Assembly: GCA_039194325.1 (NCBI GenBank)
Contig: JBCCWC010000001.1
Coordinates: forward strand, 207,206-271,205
Direction of reading: 5' to 3'
Source: Myxococcota bacterium
Lineage (GTDB): Bacteria > Myxococcota_A > Polyangia > Nannocystales > Nannocystaceae
Length of the DNA stretch: 64,000 bases
Each line of letters opens with the position of its first letter. Within the stretch, counting starts at the first letter, position 1. The translations under genes and the position numbers were made by a program. Under the pieces are notes generated by a model. The model saw only the letters and a list, made by a program, of their open reading frames with translations. It ran no database searches and was not told where the DNA came from. Below are positions 9,508-17,469 of this stretch, piece by piece.

Positions 9508-10275
9508 CTACCGAAAGTAGGCGGTCATGCCTCCGTCGACGATGATGGACGCGCCGTTGACGTAGCGGCTGTCCGCAGAGCACAGCCACGCGATCGTTCC
9601 GGCCGCGTCCTCGGGATCGCCGATCCGTTGCGCTGGCACCATGGCGAGGAACTGCCGGCGCATCGCCTCGAGCCGCTCGGCGTCGCCGCCCGCGGCCTTT
9701 TCCCACGCCTCGGCCAGCATCGGGGTGTCGAACGCACCAGCGACCACCGCGTTCGCGCGGATCCCCCGGGCTCCGTAGTCCAGGGCAATGCTCTTGGTCA
9801 GCGACAGCATCGCCGCCTTCATCGCCGAGTAGAGCGGGTTGCGCGGAGCCGCACCCAGGCCGTTGATCGACGAGACGTTGACGATGCTGATCGGGTGATC
9901 GGCTTCGAGGGCCGCAACAAGCTCAGCGCGCATGCACATGAAGTCGAGCCGGGTCCCTCCGACGAAGGCGTGTTCGAATCTCTCGTCGTCGATCTCGCCC
10001 AGCGGGGCCGGCTCCTTGCCGACCTCGGCGGCCGCGTTGACAGCCGCGTCCAACGGGCCGGACTCCAGTGCCGCCCTCACCACCAACTCGACGACCCCGG
10101 GCTGGCGTAGATCGCCCGGCACGAAGCGGGCACGGGAGCCCGCCGCCAACTCGATCTCGGCTCCCCGCTGCTCGTTGCGGCCCACGAAGGTCACGAAGGC
10201 CCCGTCTTTCGCCAAGCGGAGCACGGTAGCGCGGCCGATCCCCGAGGTTCCTCCGGTCACGAAGATATTCGTCAT
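9508..10275 (-). CDS. SDR family oxidoreductase
   Basis: TGGTSGIG, NAA, YSAMK motifs. Confidence 0.93.
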   Translation of the reverse strand: MTNIFVTGGTSGIGRATVLRLAKDGAFVTFVGRNEQRGAEIELAAGSRARFVPGDLRQPGVVELVVRAALESGPLDAAVNAAAEVGKEPAPLGEIDDERFEHAFVGGTRLDFMCMRAELVAALEADHPISIVNVSSINGLGAAPRNPLYSAMKAAMLSLTKSIALDYGARGIRANAVVAGAFDTPMLAEAWEKAAGGDAERLEAMRRQFLAMVPAQRIGDPEDAAGTIAWLCSADSRYVNGASIIVDGGMTAYFR

Positions 10276-10326
10276 GGGATCGATCATTGCCCGCGAGCCC
10301 CGCCCGGCGTAGATCCGAAAGTACGA

Positions 10327-11148
10327 ATGATGAGCTCGTCCGTCCTTTCTCTGGCGCGACCTCGGGTGACGACGTCCCAGCTCGGCGCCCCCTGGGGAGT
10401 GGTGGCCCCCGGATGTGGTCAGCCCGGCATGTACCTGATGCGCGACGGTCGGGCGCGATTCGAGTGCGCTGCGGGGCGATTCGCTCTTCGGCCCCGCGAC
10501 ATCGTGATCCTGCCCGCGAGCCCCGACCACCGCATACGAGACGGGGGTAGCGACGTGCTGATGTCCATAGACGAGCTTCGCACCGCCGCGACGGTCGACA
10601 CCGACGGGTTTCGCTACGACGCCGGTGGCGAGCAGACCAACCTCTATACCCTGAACTTCGAGTCGTCGGATCCCGCGCGGCGATTGCTGCCGGTGCTGGT
10701 GCTGGCCCGCGAACGGGTCGACCGACCGATCCAGCTGGTGATGGACGCGCTATTCGAGGCCTGCGCCGCGGGCTCCGACGACGAGATCGTGACCGGGCTC
10801 AGCGAGATCCTCTGGTCGCACGCCCTGCGCTCGCACGGGCGCAACATCGACGCGCGGGTGCTACGCGCGGCGACCTCGGTGCTGGCAAACCCCGGCGCGC
10901 CCCACTGCATCGTGGACCTCGCCCGCATCGCCGGGTTGTCGCGCTCGCGCTTCATCGAGCGCTTTGTCGCCGCGCTCGGCGAGCCACCCATGCGCTTTGT
11001 GGCCCGCGCTCGCATGCAGCGGGCCAAGGAACTGCTCATGGCCGGGCACAGCGTGGCCTGGGTGGCCGAGCAGGTCGGGTATCGGTCGGAGCCCGCCTTT
11101 CGGCGGGCGTTCCGGCGGCTCATCGGGCAGGGGCCACGCGCTCGCTGA
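10327..11148 (+). CDS. AraC family transcriptional regulator (cupin-type N-terminus)
   Basis: LARIAGLSRSRF...VAEQVGYRSEPAFRRAFRR double HTH; divergent from the SDR gene. Confidence 0.92.
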   Translation: MMSSSVLSLARPRVTTSQLGAPWGVVAPGCGQPGMYLMRDGRARFECAAGRFALRPRDIVILPASPDHRIRDGGSDVLMSIDELRTAATVDTDGFRYDAGGEQTNLYTLNFESSDPARRLLPVLVLARERVDRPIQLVMDALFEACAAGSDDEIVTGLSEILWSHALRSHGRNIDARVLRAATSVLANPGAPHCIVDLARIAGLSRSRFIERFVAALGEPPMRFVARARMQRAKELLMAGHSVAWVAEQVGYRSEPAFRRAFRRLIGQGPRAR

Positions 11149-11322
11149 CGAGGTTCAACCGGCCGCTCACGTAATCAGAGGTTACTCGCGCTTCCAGCAC
11201 GCAAGGATCATTCGGATCGGAGGTAAAGATAGCGGCACCCGAGGGCAAAGCAGCCAGTCGAGCAGGCCGACCAGGGCCGGGTGCCTTGACGGCGCGAATG
11301 CGTGGCGTATGCATGGGTCGCC

Positions 11323-12108
11323 ATGGACTACCAGCTCCGCGACCGCCTAGTGCTCGTGACCGGCTCCTCTGCCGGTATCGGGCGTGCCATTGCTCGCGCC
11401 TTCGTTCAGGAGGGTGCACGGGTCATCCTGAACGCACGCACGCACGATCGCCTCGAGGCCCTGCGCACCGAGCTCGACGCACCGGACCGCACATTCATCG
11501 TGACTGGGGACATCAGCGACACCGAGTCTGCTCGCGCGCTGACGGCTGCGGTCGATGCAATTGGTCCTCTGGACATCCTCGTCAACAACGTCGGAATCTT
11601 CGGCGTCAAGCCGTTCGCCGAGATCACGGACGAGGAATGGCTGCATTTCTACAATGTCAACGTAGTCGGCAATGTACGCATGATCCGGGCCTTCTTGCCC
11701 GGCATGCTCGAGCGAGACTTCGGTCGCATCGTGAACATATCGAGTGAGTGTGGCGTACGTGGCTTCGGCGCGATGGCGCACTATGCCACGACCAAGGCGG
11801 CGCAGCTGGGCCTCACTCAGAGCGTGGCCGCCTTGACCAAAGGAACGGGGGTGACCGTCAACAGCGTCCTCCCCGGCCCCACCTGGACCGAGGGGGTCGA
11901 GGAGTACATCAAGGGGGTTGCCCAGCAGCAGGGGATCACGCCGGAGCAGGCCGCCAAGGACTACTTCGTCAGCGTGGAGCCCACGTCGCTACTCCAGCGA
12001 TTCATCGAGCCCAAAGAAGTCGCGCAGGTCGTGCTGATGGCGGCAGCGAACCCCGCCATCAATGGATCATCCCTGCGTGTAGAAGGCGGTCTGATCCGCG
12101 CCCTCTAG
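11323..12108 (+). CDS. SDR family oxidoreductase
   Basis: TGSSAGIG, NNVG, YATTK motifs. Confidence 0.93.
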   Translation: MDYQLRDRLVLVTGSSAGIGRAIARAFVQEGARVILNARTHDRLEALRTELDAPDRTFIVTGDISDTESARALTAAVDAIGPLDILVNNVGIFGVKPFAEITDEEWLHFYNVNVVGNVRMIRAFLPGMLERDFGRIVNISSECGVRGFGAMAHYATTKAAQLGLTQSVAALTKGTGVTVNSVLPGPTWTEGVEEYIKGVAQQQGITPEQAAKDYFVSVEPTSLLQRFIEPKEVAQVVLMAAANPAINGSSLRVEGGLIRAL

Positions 12109-12396
12109 CTTCGTACCGAGGTTCGGGCCATCGACACCTGGAGCGAGGCGAAGCAAAACGGCTCCGTCTCGCCCGCGCATTGAGCGCTCGCTCTTGGCGG
12201 CGGCGAAGACCTCCTCGTGGTCTTGCGCAGTGCAGACCTCGAACCATCAAGCGTGCGAGATCCGGGCGAAAACCGTGGATGGTGCGGCTCGACCGGGTCG
12301 CATCAAGTCGGCGGCGTTAGCGCGCCGCACACAGCCTGGTCGAAGGGTGCATATTTTTGCCAACACTTTGGTGCTCGGCGGCATCTCGCAGGATCG

Positions 12397-13932
12397 ATGC
12401 AGACTTCCGTGACCGACCCGGGTCTCGCGCCCGACCTCGCCCCCGGCCTGATGCGCCTCGCGTCGCGGCTGGCCGGGTCGTCCGACGCCGAGGATCTGGT
12501 GCAGTCCACTTGGGTGCGCGCCCTGGAGCACCGCGGCCCGGTCCGCGACCGCCGGCCCTGGCTGCGCCGGGTGATGGTCAACGAGCAGCGCATGCAGCTG
12601 CGCGGGCGAAAGCGACGAGACGAGCGCGAGCAGGCGCAGCACGAGCTGCGGGAGGTGCCGGCCGATGTGGACGAGCTCGTGCATTGCCTGGAGGTCGCGC
12701 GGATCGTCGATGGGCTGCTCGATGAGCTCGATGAAGACCTCCAGCTGGTCGTGCGCGAGCGGTATTTTGGCGGGAGCTCAGCCGCTGAGATCGCGCGACG
12801 GCATCAGATCCCCGCGGGCACGGTGCGATGGCGGCTCAAGTCGGGGCTCGATCGCCTGCGTACTCAGCTGGACTCGCGCTATGGCGGGCGTCGAGCGCTG
12901 TGGGCTGGTGGCTTCATGCCAGTCGCGGTTCAGCCAACACTTTGTTCCTCGGCGGCATCTCAAGCCTCGACCGCGGGCGGCACATTGACCGCCGCGGGGA
13001 AAGGACTGAGTGCCATGAGTGTGAAGATCTTGATGGCGGCGGGGCTTGTGGCTACCGCCGGTGGAGTCGCCTGGGTTGCTTCGGCCGATTCGGAGCCTGT
13101 TTCTGTTGCAGCCACGGAGTCGGCCGAGGTGGAGCCCTCCGCGGCCCCGGACTCGACCGTGGCTGCGGCCGTTGCTCCCGAGGCAACCCTGAGCCGCGCC
13201 ACGCCGGAGGCAGTCGACAAACGGGCCCGATGGGCCAAGCGACGCGCTGCGATCCAGGCCGCACAGGCGGCCAGCGCCGCGGACCCTGCTCCTGCGGAAG
13301 GCATGACCTGGCATGCAGCCGGGGCCGACGACGCGCAAGAGCTCCCCGAAGGTGAGCACGGGTTTTGTGCCCACAACGAGAACTGCTTTGGCCAGCTCGC
13401 CCAGGAGGTCATGGGGCTGGTCGATGGGTGCCAAGAGTTCATGGACGGCATCGATCCGAGCGTGACCCTCAATGCTCATGTGATCGGAGCGCCCGATATC
13501 GGCACGATCGTCGACAGCGTGGAGCTGTCGTCTCACGACGGCGCATCCGAGGAGCTCTTGGAGTGCTTGACCGAGTCGATGTATGCGATGGATCTCGGCG
13601 CGACCGAGCAGAACATCGACGCGCCTATGACCCTGTCGCTCAGTAGCGCTTCAGATGGTCTGGGGGCACTCGCTGGCGCCGAGGTCGACGCAGAGACCCG
13701 CGCCGCTCTGGAAGAGGCCCTCGCCCACGCCAAGGAGAACGGTGAGGAGGTGAGCTTCATGTTCGGCGGGGATTCGGAGGGGCTGAAGGGCGGCGAACTC
13801 GACGAACAAGCCCGCGCCGCTCTGGCAGAGGCCCTCGCCCACGCCAAGGAGAATGGCGGTCAGGTGCGGGTGCTGCACTTGGGCGAAGACACAGGCAGCG
13901 AGCGACGGAAGAAGACGTCAGACGGCGAGTGA
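12397..13932 (+). CDS. ECF sigma factor fused to a TM segment and a C-terminal extracytoplasmic domain
   Basis: DAEDLVQSTW...PWL (region 2); EIARRHQIPAGTVRWRLKSGL (region 4); then a hydrophobic helix and a Cys-containing domain. Confidence 0.85.
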   Translation: MQTSVTDPGLAPDLAPGLMRLASRLAGSSDAEDLVQSTWVRALEHRGPVRDRRPWLRRVMVNEQRMQLRGRKRRDEREQAQHELREVPADVDELVHCLEVARIVDGLLDELDEDLQLVVRERYFGGSSAAEIARRHQIPAGTVRWRLKSGLDRLRTQLDSRYGGRRALWAGGFMPVAVQPTLCSSAASQASTAGGTLTAAGKGLSAMSVKILMAAGLVATAGGVAWVASADSEPVSVAATESAEVEPSAAPDSTVAAAVAPEATLSRATPEAVDKRARWAKRRAAIQAAQAASAADPAPAEGMTWHAAGADDAQELPEGEHGFCAHNENCFGQLAQEVMGLVDGCQEFMDGIDPSVTLNAHVIGAPDIGTIVDSVELSSHDGASEELLECLTESMYAMDLGATEQNIDAPMTLSLSSASDGLGALAGAEVDAETRAALEEALAHAKENGEEVSFMFGGDSEGLKGGELDEQARAALAEALAHAKENGGQVRVLHLGEDTGSERRKKTSDGE

Positions 13933-13953
13933 GGGGGCGTCGGCGTTGTACAT

Positions 13954-13977
13954 GCCGCGCACGAGCTCGTGCGCGGC
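13954..13977. terminator. Perfect 24-bp palindrome between convergent genes (likely terminator)
   Basis: GCCGCGCACGAGCTCGTGCGCGGC, followed shortly by a T-rich stretch on the + strand. Confidence 0.6.
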
Positions 13978-14238
13978 TCGGGTTTCTTTACTGCTTAACC
14001 GCGGGTGATGTGCGCGAACCACGCTCGCTCCGCTCGCGGGCTCGGGGTCGGGGCTTCGCCCTTCTCCCCTTGCCCATCTCATCACGATGCATCGTGCTAC
14101 TCTGCGATACGATTCAGAGATCGGAAGCTGCGGCCATGATTCGCTTTGGCCTGGTGCCTGTGGAGGTCCAGAGCATGAAGCGGTGTTGGACCAAGGTTTC
14201 GCCATACTCGATCAGAAAAGGTGAAGTAGTGAAGAAGA

Positions 14239-14376
14239 TCAGAGGATAGCCTGGACGGGGCGGACGCCCACGTAGCGGACGCGGAGGCGTGGGCGGTTCC
14301 CGTTGCGGTTGGCCGAGCGCGCGTAGCGAGCCTTGAAGTTGAAGCCGCCGCCGCGTAACACCCGGTTGGCATCGCC
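14239..14376 (-). other. Putative DGR variable region (VR)
   Basis: C-terminal CLec segment with an abrupt shift to NNC codons, followed by a pyrimidine-rich tract after the stop. No TR or RT in the window. Confidence 0.55.
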
Positions 14377-17352
14377 GACTGGTTGTCCTCTTAAACCATC
14401 ACTAGGCCGAACCGCAGTTCTGTAGCTCACGAACGCGTCCAGACACCACTCCCACACATTGCCGTGCATGTCATAGAGCCCAAACGCATTAGGCTCCTTC
14501 TTGCCCACCTCATGCAGTCGAAAATCTGAATTACCCAAGTACCATCCAACCCTTGCCAGCTCATCCTCGTAATCCCCCGAGTAATATCTCGTAGTTGTTC
14601 CGGCTCGACATGCATATTCCCATTGTGCTTCCGTGGGCAACGTCATGCCTGCCCACTCACAGTATTCCTTGGCGTCGTACCAAGAAACCCCCGTCACTGG
14701 GTGGTCTGGCCATTCAGACAGGTCATCGCTCCAACCTGCAGGCTTGAACACCCCAGGATTTTCATCAAGAAATCGAGCATACTGCGCATTCGTCACCGGC
14801 GTCTTTGCCAGGCGAAAGCTCATCAGCTCTACCCCGTGCCGTGGGTGCTCGTCGTCATCACCAACTCCCGCTGATGAACCCATGAGAAAACTTCCTGCCG
14901 GAATCTGCACTAGCTCTATACCGCTCTTGGATGATACAATAATCTGGCCACCGCTCTTGGCCTGTTCTCCACTTTCGTTCAAACGATCTTGACTCTGGTC
15001 ATCCCGCTCTTCATTCACTCCATACGTGCTTGCACCTGGCTCATAAGGGAGCTTACCTACTTCCGAGCCATTAGAACTCAACATTGACCCATCAGCCAGA
15101 CCTTCTTGTCCTTCTCCTTTGTCGGTTCGAACACGCAAAATCAGGCCACCAACGGCTAGACCACCAACCACGGTGCTGCCAACAACTACCTTACGACGGC
15201 TCAACCACGGCCTCTTGTTCTCCGACCGGCCGTCGGATACTTCTGCGCGGCTCATCGGTTCATCAGGAAGCGCCTCCGCGGCAGCATCAGACTTTCGCGC
15301 CAATTGCTCTGGCTGCTCTGGCCCGCGCCGTGCAGCCGCCAACGCCACACGAAAGCGCGCTATAGTCTCGAATCGTTCGCCACTTCGCAGCGCCACTGCT
15401 CGCTGCAGCACCACGAAGAGTGCAACTTCGCACCTCAGCCTGGCCAAGAACGCACTCCGTTCGAACATTACCGTCTGCGGCAGCCTCTTGCCATAGATAC
15501 AGAATATTGCGGTCATCCCCAGACTGTAGATATCGACTCGATAATCTACTCGGCTCGCATCCTCGTTCTGCTCGGGTGCCGCGTAGATCACCGTCCCCAG
15601 CGCGCCCGTACGTGTACCCCCAGTTGTATCCGTGGTCTGCACCAGATCGAAATCCGTGAGGGCCGGCGTCCCGTCCTCGTGTAGCAGGATGTTTTGCGGC
15701 TTCACGTCCCGGTGCACCAATCCCCGTGAATGCGCAACCTCAAGAACACCCGCGATTTTCTCAACCACATCGAGCGCTTGCTCGGTGTCGATCTTCTTGC
15801 CGGCGATCGCTTGGTAGAGATCCCCACCAGCGACGTACTCCATCACGTAGTAGTAGAAACCTTGCTCCTCACCTTCCGGCACCAGCACCCGCACGACATT
15901 CGGATGCTGGAGATCCGCCATCATCCGCGCCCCGCGAAATAGTCGCTCCCGACGGCTAGCGACCTGAGCGAACTGACCATGGAGCACCTTGATCGCCACG
16001 AACCGGCGTAGCTTTTTGTCGTAGGCCTTCCACACGGTGGCGAACCCGCCCTGGCCCACAACCTCGACGAGTCGAAAGCGACCGTCGCCTAGAAACTCAC
16101 CCGCGTGGAGCGTGGGCCCGTGCCGTTGCTCCCGGCGAAGATCGAGAATTTCCGCGTCTATCTGCGTCGTATCTGCACCCGCGAGCGTGAGCTCTTCGCG
16201 GTGCGAGTAAGCAGCATCGAGCCGTGCGGTGACCGAGCCCGGAGTCGGCGTAACACCATCTTCGATAGCCCACAGTCGCCCCCCCAACAGCCGCGTGTAT
16301 AGAACCGGCATCCACCAGTCGTGATGATCGCGGATCCTTCCCCGAGCCACCGCCAGCGCGCGGTCGATCCGACCGTCACGTTGCAACTCGGTAAGGAGCA
16401 CCGGCATCATGGCCTCCACTGTGGCCATGGTGATCAAACCCTGCATCGCGAGCACCGCAGGCGCTCCAGCCTCCGCCAGGCGACCCGCGAGCGTAGCCTG
16501 CGGCGTGGTGCCCAACCCGGCCACACTTGATGCTCCGTCACCCGCGCTCTGGCATGAGACCAGCACCACCAGTCGCGGTCGCTCCCGTAGCTCCTCGATG
16601 CGAACGGCGAGATCGTGGCCCTTCATCGCTTGGGCCACCCCCGTCTCGTCTTGCAAGATGAGCGCCGGGGCACCTGTACGGCGACCAAACATCCCATGGC
16701 AGACGAGATAGAGAATGTCGACCCCATCGCGCAATGGCTCAAGTAGCCGATCTATGGTCAAGGGAGAACCCGGCCCTCCGAGGACGCGGATCTCGATCCC
16801 ATCGAGCGCCGCGCGAGCCCGCCCCACCTCGCCCTCGTAGTCCACCGGGGCAAGCTTCATACGCTGCAACGACTCGATGCTAGGCGCCGAGACAGCGACC
16901 ACCGCGGTCAGCTCCGTCCGAGTCCGAAGCGCCACTGGTCGCGCATCGTGCGAGACCATGAAGCGGGACAGCACGACCCTCTCCGAGGTACTGAAAACCG
17001 CACCTGAGCGAGGATGACGCAACAGCTCCCAGCGCAGCCCATGCAGTTCCTGCGCCGAGGAATCGATGTACAGCAGGATCCGCAAGAAGCGATCCGACGC
17101 TTGCGCCGCCCTCTCCACCTCAAGGAACCGCCGTTCGACCTCTGGGTCGGCCAGCAGCTGTCTGGTGAGCGCCTTGCCGTAGTCTTCGTGAGCCCCCTTC
17201 AACTCCAACAGTACGTCCAGGTCGAACGCCACCTCACCACGCACAGGAGCAACCTGCGCCTGACTACGCGGGTCGCTATATGACAGCTCGACCCGGTAAG
17301 CCTGCGCGACCTTGTCGATCGCAATGCGCAGTGTGAAGTCGTCGTCCACCAC
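14239..17352 (-). CDS. CHAT (caspase-like) protease + Ser/Thr kinase + TM + FGE-sulfatase (CLec-fold) domain protein
   Basis: CHAT dyad LVCHG / LVSCQS; kinase GQGGFATV, VAIK, HRDVKPQN, DFD, YAAPE; TM VVVGSTVVGGLAVGGLIL; FGE motifs FLMGS, LPTEAQWEYACRAG, NAFGLYDMHGNVWEW, RVLRGG. Confidence 0.93.
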   Translation of the reverse strand: MVDDDFTLRIAIDKVAQAYRVELSYSDPRSQAQVAPVRGEVAFDLDVLLELKGAHEDYGKALTRQLLADPEVERRFLEVERAAQASDRFLRILLYIDSSAQELHGLRWELLRHPRSGAVFSTSERVVLSRFMVSHDARPVALRTRTELTAVVAVSAPSIESLQRMKLAPVDYEGEVGRARAALDGIEIRVLGGPGSPLTIDRLLEPLRDGVDILYLVCHGMFGRRTGAPALILQDETGVAQAMKGHDLAVRIEELRERPRLVVLVSCQSAGDGASSVAGLGTTPQATLAGRLAEAGAPAVLAMQGLITMATVEAMMPVLLTELQRDGRIDRALAVARGRIRDHHDWWMPVLYTRLLGGRLWAIEDGVTPTPGSVTARLDAAYSHREELTLAGADTTQIDAEILDLRREQRHGPTLHAGEFLGDGRFRLVEVVGQGGFATVWKAYDKKLRRFVAIKVLHGQFAQVASRRERLFRGARMMADLQHPNVVRVLVPEGEEQGFYYYVMEYVAGGDLYQAIAGKKIDTEQALDVVEKIAGVLEVAHSRGLVHRDVKPQNILLHEDGTPALTDFDLVQTTDTTGGTRTGALGTVIYAAPEQNEDASRVDYRVDIYSLGMTAIFCIYGKRLPQTVMFERSAFLARLRCEVALFVVLQRAVALRSGERFETIARFRVALAAARRGPEQPEQLARKSDAAAEALPDEPMSRAEVSDGRSENKRPWLSRRKVVVGSTVVGGLAVGGLILRVRTDKGEGQEGLADGSMLSSNGSEVGKLPYEPGASTYGVNEERDDQSQDRLNESGEQAKSGGQIIVSSKSGIELVQIPAGSFLMGSSAGVGDDDEHPRHGVELMSFRLAKTPVTNAQYARFLDENPGVFKPAGWSDDLSEWPDHPVTGVSWYDAKEYCEWAGMTLPTEAQWEYACRAGTTTRYYSGDYEDELARVGWYLGNSDFRLHEVGKKEPNAFGLYDMHGNVWEWCLDAFVSYRTAVRPSDGLRGQPVGDANRVLRGGGFNFKARYARSANRNGNRPRLRVRYVGVRPVQAIL

Positions 17353-17469
17353 GGCTCTCCGTACTGCACTCCTTTTTCACCATGATGTTCGGCAACCCGT
17401 CAAACGAGCCCGCGCGGGGCCCCGAAGCACCCTCCTCTGCCGCGCCTCTACCGCGCCGCCATCGCACCG

